From assembly GCA_963777605.1 (NCBI GenBank), contig CAVZRV010000010.1:160001-224000 (forward strand): a stretch of DNA of 64,000 bases, written 5' to 3'. This document shows positions 19,785 through 29,225 of this stretch, one piece after another. The DNA comes from an uncultured Acidobacteriota bacterium (GTDB lineage Bacteria > Acidobacteriota > UBA6911 > RPQK01 > JAPXNP01). The notes beneath the pieces were generated by a model. It ran no database searches and had not been told where the DNA came from. It was given only the letters and a program-made list of their open reading frames with translations. The position numbers and the translations under genes were made by a program. How positions within the stretch are numbered: the first letter of the stretch is position 1; each line of letters opens with the position of its first letter.

Positions 19785-19909
19785 TCCTCCACTCCGTTTC
19801 CCGTTCAAGCAAGCCCACCAAAAACGCTTCAGCGCCCCGGAAACAGGTCGTTGCCCGGGAAAAAGTCACCAGGAACTATTCTCGAGACAGAGTCCCGGCG
19901 ATCGCGACC

Positions 19910-19929
19910 GGGCTGCCTGAAGGCAGCCC
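19910..19929 (-). terminator. Hairpin downstream of the oxidoreductase remnant
   Basis: GGGCTGCC-TGAA-GGCAGCCC just after the stop at 19939; no U-tract. Confidence 0.35.
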
Positions 19930-19938
19930 CGAAACCGC

Positions 19939-20907
19939 TCACACGTCCCACTTGGAGTCCCACTCGACCGTCCGCTTCTCCCGGTAGGCCAGATTCCCCA
20001 GGTGGCAAGCCATGGCCGAATAGTGACCTTCGACTGGATCCGCGTTCGGGCGCTTGCGGCTTCGCATGCAGTCGAGCCAGTTCTGCAGGTGCTTGCGGGC
20101 ATCCCCGTAGGGACCGTAGTGGGCATATTCGTTGGAACCGGAGGGGCTGTCGGGGGCAGCGAGGAACTGGTACCCCTGTCGAAAGATGGACAGCCGTCCG
20201 CCGGTTCCCATGAAAACGATGTCGGTAACTTCCTTGCCGGCAAAATCGGTGATGGTTGCCTCGAACGTGATGTTGACCCCTTCCGGGTACTGCACGGTGA
20301 GGTTGATGTTGTCGGGGGTGTCCCGCCCGTCCTCGAAGTGAAAGACCCCACCAAGTCCCGAGGCGAACTGGCAGCGATGCAGGTTGAGGTACCAGTGGGC
20401 GACGTCGACCATGTGCACAAACAGTCCGCCCGTCATTCCGCCCGTAGAAAAGTCCCAGTAAGCGAACCGGTTGAAGTAGCGCTTGGGGTCCCAGGGGATC
20501 TTGGGAAGCCAGGCCAAGCAGGCATCCCAGTCCAGATCGTCGGGCTTCTGCTCCATGCCCGGTGGGACCTTGACCGTGTAGCCGGCGTTCTTGTTCCAGA
20601 TCGTGCGGACCATGTGAACGTCCCCGATCAGACCGCTGTCGATAAATCGCTCTTTCGCCTCGAGGAAATAGTCCATGCTGCGCTGCTGCATGCCGACCTG
20701 AACCACGCGTCCAGTCTCTCGAACGGTTTGGACGAGGTCCGGCCCCTGCTCGGGAAGCGAGGTCATGGGCTTTTCCACGTAGACATCCTTCCCTGCCCGG
20801 CAGGCGTCGATCGTGATCGGGGCGTGAGCGTGATCAAAGGTGCCGACGAGGACCCCGTCGATGTCAGACTGCTCGAGAAGTTCCCGGTAATCGGCGTATT
20901 TATCGAT
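19939..20907 (-). pseudogene. 5'-truncated Gfo/Idh/MocA family oxidoreductase
   Basis: Frame continues upstream of the listed ORF (IDKYADYRELLEQSDIDGVLVGTFDHAH...GKDVYVEKP) to an in-frame TGA at 20908-20910; no start codon and no GxGxxG Rossmann start. Confidence 0.8.
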
Positions 20908-21085
20908 TCAGTTCGGCCCCGTTTCCGTCGATTGGTTCCTGCGGATGACCAAGCTTCACATACCCGACCAGGGGTCGCAAGTTGAAAAGGTTACTCGGTA
21001 AGCATTATGATCTGGCCAACTCGATCAATAGTTTTAGTAGTTCCCGATTCCTGATTCGCAGTAGGGCGGATTCGCCGGAGGTCCA

Positions 21086-23041
21086 ATGGCCGACTGGAAA
21101 GATTTTCTTTCAACAATCCCGATCTTTTCGTTTCTCAACCACGAGGAACTCAGGCAGATCCAGGAACACTTCCAGGAAATCACCTTTCAGAAGGGCGAAA
21201 CGGTCTGCAAGACAGGTGATCCGGGCGACGTCTTCTACGTCGTTCTGAGCGGCGAACTCGAGGTGTGGGGCGCCGAAAGCGGAGAAGCGCGCAGGACCGG
21301 CACGCTGACCGCCCGCGATTTCTTCGGAGAAATGGCCCTCCTGCAGGGAGGCAAGCGAACGGCGACGGTAATTGCCGGACGCCGGAGCCGCGCCCTGGCC
21401 CTCGAGGAGAAGTCCTTCGACCGCTTCTTTCTGAAAAACCCTCGCGCCCTGGAATACTTCGCGCGTGTCCTCTGCAAGCGCTTGGCCAGTGTGACCCGCG
21501 GCGACACGGGTGAGTCGAGCAACCTAGTGATCAGCGTGGCGAGCCGGCCCGGTTTGAAGGGCAAGGGAATGGTCAGCCGGGCAATCGGATGCCTGCTCAA
21601 AGACCTCACCAAGAGGGACGTACTGGTCGTCGACCTCTATCCCCTCGAAGGAAACTCGAAGGAACTCCTCGACAACCTGCTTCGGGACGATCTCCAGGAA
21701 ATCCCGGGCGAAATCAAGGAGATGCTCACTCCGGGCCCCAACCATCCGACCTTCATTTCTTTCGGTGCGCGGGCCGGGAAAGAGAAACAGTTCTACGTTG
21801 ATCGGGCGTCCAACCTGATCGGCAAGCTCACCAACCTGTTCAATATAGTGGTGGTGGACCTGGGTTCGGGGATTCCCGCGCTGGTCGAAGGAGCCGACCA
21901 GTTCTCAGACATCTTCATCGAGATCTCAGACACCCCCGAGGGCGTCATCTCGCCGAAATTCGAGAAAACCACGCGCTGCTACCGCGTCGTTAACCAGTTC
22001 AATCCTTCCAGCCGGGCCCTGCCGATTTCCCACTGCGAGCCCTTTGTAATTCCGAAATCAACCCTCCTCTCGCAGCCCGAAGGGTTGGCCGAGATCAGGA
22101 GTAATCCGCGAAACCAAGCCGGAGTTGCACTTCACCGGCTAGCGAGGAAACTGGTCGGGGCAACCGTGGGCGTGGCGCTCGGGGGCGGGGCGGCGTTCGG
22201 AATCTCTCACCTTGGCGTCCTCAAGGTTCTCGAAGATAACGGTGTCCCGATCGACCTGATCGCCGGATGCTCTCAGGGTTCGATCATTGGCGTCGGCTAC
22301 GCGTGCGGCACCAGCGTGGACGAGATGATCAGCATCGCCCGCCAACTCGGACAGAAGAAGAACTTCTTCCTGGCAATGGACTTTAACCTCATGGGACCCG
22401 GGATCCTGGGAGGAAATCGGGTCATCGAGATCTTCACTCCCTATCTGCGGGACAAGGCCACGTTCGAAGACCTTGTCTATCCGTTCCGGGCGATTGCAAC
22501 CGATATCGAAAGTGGGGAGAGGATCGCGATGGGTACCGGAAGGCTCGATCATGCTTTCCGGGCCAGCAGCTCGGTGCCGATGGTCTTTTCGCCGCTGCTG
22601 CACGACGGGCGGGCTCTTGTTGACGGTGGTGTCGCCGACCCCGTCCCTGCGGAGACAGCCCAGGAAATGGGTGCCGATCTTACGATCGCCGTCAATGTCG
22701 TTCCGCCTCTCCGCAAGGGCGTCACCACTGTGATGAACCGCGCCTACAAGCAGATCAACCGGCTCAACCCACTGTCCTATCTGGGAGCCAACCAGGAACT
22801 GCCGAACATGTTCGACATCGTCATGAACTCCATGCAGATCCTGCAGTACGAACTGGGAAACTTCAAAGCCATCTCAGCGGACGTCCTGATCAACCCCGAT
22901 CTGTCCGATTTCACGTGGATTGAGTATTACCGGGCCCATGAACTGATTGACCGGGGCATCGAGGCAGCCGAGAAGGCTCTACCGGCAATCGAGAAAGCCC
23001 TGAGCCAGAAGATCTTGACCCTGCGCGACCCGGCGCGGTGA
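21086..23041 (+). CDS. Cyclic-nucleotide-binding + degenerate P-loop + patatin-like phospholipase (NTE-like)
   Basis: cNMP cassette FFGEMALL...RTATV; MinD/ParA-like middle VISVAS..G.KGK...VLVVDL; patatin GGGAAFG, GCSQG and DGG. Confidence 0.9.
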   Translation: MADWKDFLSTIPIFSFLNHEELRQIQEHFQEITFQKGETVCKTGDPGDVFYVVLSGELEVWGAESGEARRTGTLTARDFFGEMALLQGGKRTATVIAGRRSRALALEEKSFDRFFLKNPRALEYFARVLCKRLASVTRGDTGESSNLVISVASRPGLKGKGMVSRAIGCLLKDLTKRDVLVVDLYPLEGNSKELLDNLLRDDLQEIPGEIKEMLTPGPNHPTFISFGARAGKEKQFYVDRASNLIGKLTNLFNIVVVDLGSGIPALVEGADQFSDIFIEISDTPEGVISPKFEKTTRCYRVVNQFNPSSRALPISHCEPFVIPKSTLLSQPEGLAEIRSNPRNQAGVALHRLARKLVGATVGVALGGGAAFGISHLGVLKVLEDNGVPIDLIAGCSQGSIIGVGYACGTSVDEMISIARQLGQKKNFFLAMDFNLMGPGILGGNRVIEIFTPYLRDKATFEDLVYPFRAIATDIESGERIAMGTGRLDHAFRASSSVPMVFSPLLHDGRALVDGGVADPVPAETAQEMGADLTIAVNVVPPLRKGVTTVMNRAYKQINRLNPLSYLGANQELPNMFDIVMNSMQILQYELGNFKAISADVLINPDLSDFTWIEYYRAHELIDRGIEAAEKALPAIEKALSQKILTLRDPAR

Positions 23042-23099
23042 CGGCGGCAACCGAACAGCGGTTGGCCTGTTCCCTCGAATTCACGATAATGAATTCTTG

Positions 23100-24596
23100 A
23101 TGAGAACGTTGCTGGCGCTGGTCACCGCATTCTGCCTTGCCGGGTGTGTGATCACCCCGGAGAAGACGCAGCAGAATGCGCCCCTGAACGAACCTGTCAG
23201 GCTCTTCCGGTTCAACCCGAATTACCTCGAGTACCAGTCTGAACCGGTAATCCTGGTAACTTCCGCCGAGCACTACGGTGCCGTGCTCAATCTCGACTTC
23301 GACTATGAGCTTTACCTGTCCACGCTCCAGGCGGCCGGTCTCAACTACACCAGGATCTTCACGGGAGTCTACGTTGAGATGCCGGGCAGTTTCGGCATTG
23401 AGAAGAATACCCTTGCTCCTCTGCCAGGCCGTTTCATAGCCCCCTGGGCCCGCAGCACCCGGCCGGGCTACGCGAATGGCGGCAACAAGTTCGATCTCGA
23501 CACTTGGGACAGCGCGTACTTCGAGCGGCTCAGGGGCTTCATCAGGCGAGCCGGGGAGTGCGGTGTCTTCGTGGAAGTCACCCTGTTTTCATCGTTTTAT
23601 GGGGAGAACTGGAAGCTCAGCCCCTTGCACCCGGCCAACAACATCAACGGAACCCCCGACCTGCCCCACCAACTCGCCCAGGTCGATGGGAACGGCGCCT
23701 TGTTCAGCCGGCAGGAAGCCGTGGTCCGCAAAATCGTTCGGGAACTGAACGATTTCAACAACCTGTTTTTTGAGGTTCAGAACGAGCCATGGGCCGACAA
23801 CGGCCGCACGGTTGCACCGGTTAATCCCTACCTGGACGACTGGCAAGAGGTGTGGCGCAACCGGGTGGACGTCGCCACCGAACCGTCCCTGCGGTGGCAG
23901 GACCGCATTGCCGGTATCGTCCGGGACGAAGAGAGCCGCCTGCCCAAACAGCACCTCGTGGCCCAGAACTTCTGCAACTTCGGATACCCGGCGCCACCTC
24001 TCCCGGAGACCATCTCGATCCTCAACTTTCATTACGCCTACCCTGACGCGGCCAGGCTCAACCTGGAACGGGACCGGGTCGTGGGATTCGACGAGAGCGG
24101 GTTCTCCGGACCTGACGACGCCCCCTACCGAAGGCAGGCCTGGAAGTTCCTTCTCTCCGGGGGAGGCGTCTTCAACAACCTGGACTACTCCTTTTACCCG
24201 GGCGCCGAAGACGGCAGCGGCACAAACCGGGCCCCCGGCGGCGGGAGCGCGGCCCTCCGCAAACAGCTCGGGCTCCTGTCGCGCTTGATCAACTCGCTTC
24301 GCTTCGCCCAAATGCGTCCCCTGGCTGCAACCGAACTCTCTTGCCCCAACGCGGTAGCCTACGGACTTTCCTTCCGATCCCGGGAGTATCTCTTTTTCCT
24401 GGAAGGGGAAGGTCCCACGACGCTGTCGCTTTTCATCCCGCCGGGACGCTATTCTCCGGTCTGGATCAACCCCGAATCGGGCGAGACGAAACCGGGCGAC
24501 GCATTTGAGGCTTCAGGCAGAGAATCGACGCTCGTGGTTCCGGGGTTCTCGGGAGAAGTCGCCCTCCAGCTGACCCGGTCGGAATCGCAGGACTAG
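23100..24596 (+). CDS. Lipoprotein, putative clan GH-A glycoside hydrolase with C-terminal beta domain
   Basis: Lipobox LAG-C; EHYGAV.N, KFDL..W...YF.RL, EVQNEP (acid/base-like), HY, DESG. Confidence 0.65.
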   Translation: MRTLLALVTAFCLAGCVITPEKTQQNAPLNEPVRLFRFNPNYLEYQSEPVILVTSAEHYGAVLNLDFDYELYLSTLQAAGLNYTRIFTGVYVEMPGSFGIEKNTLAPLPGRFIAPWARSTRPGYANGGNKFDLDTWDSAYFERLRGFIRRAGECGVFVEVTLFSSFYGENWKLSPLHPANNINGTPDLPHQLAQVDGNGALFSRQEAVVRKIVRELNDFNNLFFEVQNEPWADNGRTVAPVNPYLDDWQEVWRNRVDVATEPSLRWQDRIAGIVRDEESRLPKQHLVAQNFCNFGYPAPPLPETISILNFHYAYPDAARLNLERDRVVGFDESGFSGPDDAPYRRQAWKFLLSGGGVFNNLDYSFYPGAEDGSGTNRAPGGGSAALRKQLGLLSRLINSLRFAQMRPLAATELSCPNAVAYGLSFRSREYLFFLEGEGPTTLSLFIPPGRYSPVWINPESGETKPGDAFEASGRESTLVVPGFSGEVALQLTRSESQD

Positions 24597-24646
24597 ACCA
24601 AACTCTACAATTCAACAAAGCCGGCCGGGACGGCCGGGGGACACTC

Positions 24647-25588
24647 ATGCAGACAACTGGCCGCTGGAAACTTGGACTGACTCTCGCCTCCCTGACCGCC
24701 CTCATGTGGGGAGTCCTCCCCGTCGTTCTCAAGTCGCTGCTTCAGGCAATGGATGCCTACACCATCACGTGGTGCCGGTTCCTTGCGGCAACCCTGGTTC
24801 TGGGCCTGTACCTCGTCTCTCGAAACCGTGTTCCACCCCTCCACCGTTCGCGGGGGAGCGTGTGGTTCTTCCTCGCGGTAGCGGTCGTCGGGCTGGTCGG
24901 CAACTACGTCCTCTACCTGCTCGGCCTCGACTACGTCAACCCGGAAACCTCCCAGATGGTGATCCAGCTGGCCCCCATGTTCCTGCTCCTCGGGAGCCTC
25001 GTCTTCTTCCACGAACCGTTCCAGAAGATCCAGTGGCTGGGCCTGGTAGTTCTCGTCAGTGGCCTCGTGCTCTTCTTCAACGACCACCTGGGTGATTTCA
25101 GCGCGCATTCCGGGCCCTACTTCGTCGGGGTCCTGATCACCATCATCGCGGCCGTCGTCTGGGCAGCCTATGCCCTGGCCCAAAAGCGCCTCCTGCAGAA
25201 CTTCGACTCCGAGCAGATCCTCGCGATCCTTTATGCCTGTGCCATCATCCTGCTGCTCCCCACGACCAGTCTCGATCAGCTTGGCCGGCTCAACTCGGCA
25301 CAATGGGGACTACTGCTGTTTGCCTGCCTCAACACACTGGTCGCCTATGGGGCGTTTGCGGAGTCACTGGCACACTGGGAGGCTTCCCGGGTCAGTGCGG
25401 TGCTGGCAGTGACTCCACTGATCACCCTGTTCTCGGTGTGGCTCGGGCACCGGTGGTTTCCTGCGTCCCTTCACCCCCAGGAACTCAACTCGCTCAGCCT
25501 GACCGGAGCCTTTCTGGTAGTGGCAGGATCGATCGCAGCCGCACTGGGACGCCGTCGCAAAAAGATGACACCCCGTCCGATGGAATAG
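24647..25588 (+). CDS. DMT/EamA family transporter
   Basis: About 10 TM segments in two EamA repeats; WG.LP, RF, Q..IQLAP, AYGAF.E. Confidence 0.92.
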   Translation: MQTTGRWKLGLTLASLTALMWGVLPVVLKSLLQAMDAYTITWCRFLAATLVLGLYLVSRNRVPPLHRSRGSVWFFLAVAVVGLVGNYVLYLLGLDYVNPETSQMVIQLAPMFLLLGSLVFFHEPFQKIQWLGLVVLVSGLVLFFNDHLGDFSAHSGPYFVGVLITIIAAVVWAAYALAQKRLLQNFDSEQILAILYACAIILLLPTTSLDQLGRLNSAQWGLLLFACLNTLVAYGAFAESLAHWEASRVSAVLAVTPLITLFSVWLGHRWFPASLHPQELNSLSLTGAFLVVAGSIAAALGRRRKKMTPRPME

Positions 25589-25595
25589 CAACCGG

Positions 25596-26795
25596 TTATC
25601 TGCCTGCAAGGGGTCTGATCCGGAGGTCCCGGAAGAAGAGGTCCGTTGTCGGATCGTGACCCTGCAACTGGATCGTTCCAGCCTTGAGGCGAAGTCCGTT
25701 TCGGGGATTCGGGTTGGCCTCGCGCGTGTCGGTCCACGCGGTGACCGGGTAACCGTTCACCCAGACCAGCAGGTTGGGACCGGAGGCGAGAATCGTCTTC
25801 GAAAACCAGACTCCGTCGTCGCTGACGACCTTCCGGGCGGGCACCCGGCGGTAGATTCCACCCGTCCCAAAGTCAACCGGGCGAGTCCGGTCGCCGTCTT
25901 TGAACCCGTTCTGGATCTGGCTTTCGTACCCCTGCCAGAATTCTCCCGGAATACTCCGGAAAAACACTCCCGAATTGAGTCCGGGACCGTTGCACTTGAC
26001 CTGGAGCTGAAGCAGGAAATCGGAGAACTGACCGGTTGTTTCGATCGCGCCCGAACCGTCGAGAATGCGAAGATCCCCACTGTCCGAAACGCTGAAGCGG
26101 CTGGCATGACCAGGCAGCACGTTCCATCCGGCCAGGTCTTGGCCGTTGAAAAGGGGTTCGAGCAGAAGCGGCTTGAGCTTGATGTTCCGAAACTCGATAC
26201 CTCCCTGGTTGAATTGAAGCCCGATCTTGCCCGAGCGCAGCGGCACCGGATCGGTGTATCCCTGGACTCGGCTGTCGTTCAGCCAGACCTCGATGCGCGG
26301 CCCGAGCACGACGACCCAGTAGCGTTGCCAGCCGTCGGTCTCGACCGGAATCGCGATACGGGATCGCTGGACCAGGCTTCCGGTCGGGAAGGGGTTGTCC
26401 GGTGGAGCGATGTTCAGTTCGTAGCCCTCGCCGTGGGGGCCGGCATCGCTGCACACCGGGGCAGTTCGGAGGAACACCCCGCTGTTGGTGCCGGGAGCCG
26501 CCCGGAACTCCAGAGAGAGGATGTAGTTGTCGAAGTCACCCAGGGTGTGCAGCAAACCGAGATTGCCCCTGTTCGCAACAATACTCCCGTCCAAAACCCG
26601 CCAGTCCACCTCGGATGCGGCCTTCCAGCCGAAAAGAGACTCGCCATCAAAGAGCAGTACCCAGCCGTCGTCGATCTCTGCCTGGGTAAGCACGTTGGGA
26701 GCCGCTCCGACCACAATAACCGAGAATCCCCCCAACAGAATCACTAGTGCCGGCAACAAAATCCGTCGTGCCAATCCAGGGTCGAGCATCATCAA
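25596..26795 (-). CDS. Exported protein with two DUF1080 (3-keto-disaccharide hydrolase-like) domains
   Basis: Two repeats of LF[DN]G..L.GW, NSGVF.R, YE..I, G.I.LQ, FR..; signal peptide; GGAGG RBS. Confidence 0.9.
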   Translation of the reverse strand: MMMLDPGLARRILLPALVILLGGFSVIVVGAAPNVLTQAEIDDGWVLLFDGESLFGWKAASEVDWRVLDGSIVANRGNLGLLHTLGDFDNYILSLEFRAAPGTNSGVFLRTAPVCSDAGPHGEGYELNIAPPDNPFPTGSLVQRSRIAIPVETDGWQRYWVVVLGPRIEVWLNDSRVQGYTDPVPLRSGKIGLQFNQGGIEFRNIKLKPLLLEPLFNGQDLAGWNVLPGHASRFSVSDSGDLRILDGSGAIETTGQFSDFLLQLQVKCNGPGLNSGVFFRSIPGEFWQGYESQIQNGFKDGDRTRPVDFGTGGIYRRVPARKVVSDDGVWFSKTILASGPNLLVWVNGYPVTAWTDTREANPNPRNGLRLKAGTIQLQGHDPTTDLFFRDLRIRPLAGR

Positions 26796-26884
26796 TCCTC
26801 CGGTCGGTTAGTATACCCAGTCCGTGACTCTCCCTCCATGCGAAATCCTGCCGATGTTCGAGTACTCGCTATAATGTCCAGCAA

Positions 26885-27085
26885 ATGCTGAAGCGGATTG
26901 CCTGGTTCCTGTTGCCCGTTTTCCTCGTGTTCGCCAACAACTCGGTCTATGAACCCGACATCGCTCAGCGCGTGATCGATATCATTGCGCGGCTGGTCAG
27001 CGACGGCGGCGTTTCCCCTGATCGCATTCACCAGTCCTGGCATAGAATTATGGTGTTGAAAGAGCGAATCGGGACAGCAGGATGA
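26885..27085 (+). pseudogene. Probable internally deleted GH3 (NagZ-like) gene: signal-peptide start fused in frame to the C-terminal helices
   Basis: MLKRIAWFLLPV followed by LVFANNSVYEPDIA...IARLV..G.VS.DRI..S..RI..LK, resembling the end of GH3 TIM-barrel domains; TATAAT 9 nt upstream. Confidence 0.6.
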
Positions 27086-27102
27086 TCAAAAGGAGCCCGG
27101 GA

Positions 27103-27981
27103 ATGACCTTCGCCAACCTGGTTGACACCGAAACTCTTTGTTCTCATCTCGATGATCCCCGGTGGCTCGTTTTCGACTGCCGCCACTCCCTCCAGGATCA
27201 CGGTCTTGGACGACGACAGTACGAGGCACGGCACATCCCCACGGCGCTCTACGCTCATCTCGAGGAAGACCTGAGCGGGCCGATCCGTCCCGGAATCACC
27301 GGCCGCCATCCTCTTCCCGAACCCGTAGAGTTTGCCCGTTGGATGGCGGGTTACGGGTTGACCGAGAAAACGCAGGTGGTCGTCTACGACGATTCCGGCG
27401 GGGCGATTGCTGCGCGGCTGTGGTGGATGCTTAAGTGGATCGGTCATGAAGCCGTCGCCGTTCTGGACGGAGGCTGGTCCAAGTGGCAATCCGAGCAGCG
27501 CCCGGCAAGGTCCGGGCGGGAGCCATTCCGGACCGGACATTTTAATCCCCGAATCGATCCGGAACTGGTACGCAGCACGCAAGAGGTGCTTGGCACTCTT
27601 CGGGACGGTACGGGAATTCTCTGGGACGCGCGCGCCGGAGAGCGATACCGGGGAGAACTCGAGCCCATCGATCCGGTTGCCGGCCACATCAAGGGGGCCG
27701 GCTCGGTTCCTTACGCGGAAAATCTCCGGGAGGACGGGACCTTTCGATCGGCCGCCGCACTGCGGGCCCGGTTTCTCGGGCTCCTGGACGGAGAATCATT
27801 CTCGGACGTCATCTGTTATTGCGGTTCGGGCGTCACCGCCGCGCACAACATTCTGGCGGTTTCCGTTGCCGGGCTGGGCCGGCCCAGGCTCTACGCCGGC
27901 TCCTGGAGCCGATGGATCACCGATCCGTCCAACCCGACAGAAACCGGACCCGAACCAAAAAGCCGAAGGAGCGACCAATGA
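27103..27981 (+). CDS. sseA: Tandem-rhodanese sulfurtransferase (3-mercaptopyruvate/thiosulfate type)
   Basis: HIP.A, GRHPLP, ARLWW, LDGG, GHI.GA, active loop YCGSGVTA, LYAGSWS.W; AGGAG RBS. Confidence 0.92.
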   Translation: MTFANLVDTETLCSHLDDPRWLVFDCRHSLQDHGLGRRQYEARHIPTALYAHLEEDLSGPIRPGITGRHPLPEPVEFARWMAGYGLTEKTQVVVYDDSGGAIAARLWWMLKWIGHEAVAVLDGGWSKWQSEQRPARSGREPFRTGHFNPRIDPELVRSTQEVLGTLRDGTGILWDARAGERYRGELEPIDPVAGHIKGAGSVPYAENLREDGTFRSAAALRARFLGLLDGESFSDVICYCGSGVTAAHNILAVSVAGLGRPRLYAGSWSRWITDPSNPTETGPEPKSRRSDQ

Positions 27982-29183
27982 AGCCAATCTACATCGCGGG
28001 CTATCACCAGTCGGAGTTCGGGAAACTCTTCGACCTATCGGTTCCCCAGATCCTCTCCTCCGCCGTCGAAGGAGCCTGCTCCGAGGCCGGTATCCAGCCT
28101 GCCCAGATCGACCTTGCCAGCGTCGGAGCGACCTGCCAGATCTCACTCAACCAGCAGGGGCTGCTTTCCGGCCTGGTGGCGGAGGTGGATGGGCTCGAGT
28201 CGAAGCCGATTGAATCGGTAGAGAACGCCTGTGCATCGGGAGGGCAGGCCGTGCTTTCGGTCGCCCAGAAGCTCCAACTCGGCCTTGGAGAGACGGGGCT
28301 CGCCATCGGCTACGAGAAGATGAGGGATGATCGCGGAAAGATGGACGGCGAGATGATCGGGAAGGCGCTCGGCTACTTCTCGCATCCGTCGGAACGCGAG
28401 GGAAAGCGCTACATTTTCCCTCACATCTTTGCCGAAATCATGCAGCAGTACATGACCGCATACGGTGTCACCGAGGAGGATCTCGCGGCCATCGTCGTTC
28501 AGGAATATGCCAGCGCCCGATTCAACCCGTATGCCCAGATGAGACACGTCCAGGTTTCCCTGGACCAGGTCATGAGGATCGAAGGCATCAACCGCTACAT
28601 CGCGGAAGGCCTTCCCCTCAAAACCTACGACTGCTCCCAGATCACCGACGGGTATGCCGCGCTCCTGCTGGCTACCGGCGAAGGTCTCGAGCGCCTCGGG
28701 ATCTCCCGATCTGACTGCGTGCTGCTGGCGGGTTACGGCCAGGCGACTGACCCATTGAGCCGAGCCAACCGGGACGTCCTCCGACCGGCGGGTGCTTTGA
28801 CGGCAATGCGGTCGGCGTACGAGATGGCAGCGGTCACGTCTGAAGACGTCGATGTAGCGGAAGTCCACGACTGCTTTAGCGTAATGGGTGCGATTGGGGC
28901 CGAAGTGCTTGGCGTGGCCGAATTCGGACAGGGCGTCGAGTATTGGAAGGCCGGCAAGGCGGCTCCCTCGGGTCCCTGCCCGATCAACACCTCAGGCGGA
29001 CTGATCGCCAAAGGCCATCCGATCGGGGCCACGGGAGTTGCCATGATCGGATGGTGCGCTTGGCAACTCCAGGAAAAGGCCCCCAAAGAACTTCAGGTTC
29101 CGGGTGCTAAAGTTGCGGCAACATTCAATATCGGGGGCCCCATCTGCGCATCAGTCTGCACCGTGCTGAAGTCGATCGGCTGA
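27978..29183 (+). CDS. Thiolase-family protein (SCP2-type, HDCF)
   Basis: ENACASGG, DCSQITDG, EVHDCF and GHPIGATG motifs; ATGA overlap with sseA. Confidence 0.9.
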   Translation: MKPIYIAGYHQSEFGKLFDLSVPQILSSAVEGACSEAGIQPAQIDLASVGATCQISLNQQGLLSGLVAEVDGLESKPIESVENACASGGQAVLSVAQKLQLGLGETGLAIGYEKMRDDRGKMDGEMIGKALGYFSHPSEREGKRYIFPHIFAEIMQQYMTAYGVTEEDLAAIVVQEYASARFNPYAQMRHVQVSLDQVMRIEGINRYIAEGLPLKTYDCSQITDGYAALLLATGEGLERLGISRSDCVLLAGYGQATDPLSRANRDVLRPAGALTAMRSAYEMAAVTSEDVDVAEVHDCFSVMGAIGAEVLGVAEFGQGVEYWKAGKAAPSGPCPINTSGGLIAKGHPIGATGVAMIGWCAWQLQEKAPKELQVPGAKVAATFNIGGPICASVCTVLKSIG

Positions 29184-29225
29184 ACCGGCCTCCCCGGGCT
29201 GAACGACAGCGATCGTCCAGAATCC

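Noticed and set aside
20908-20910. In-frame TGA as a selenocysteine codon extending the oxidoreductase
   Set aside because: The upstream frame shows no family similarity and has another TGA about 16 codons further; the position is not a catalytic Cys site; no convincing SECIS
21086-23041. CBASS/Pycsar defence system based on patatin plus cNMP
   Set aside because: No CD-NTase, cyclase or ancillary genes nearby; the architecture fits NTE-like esterases
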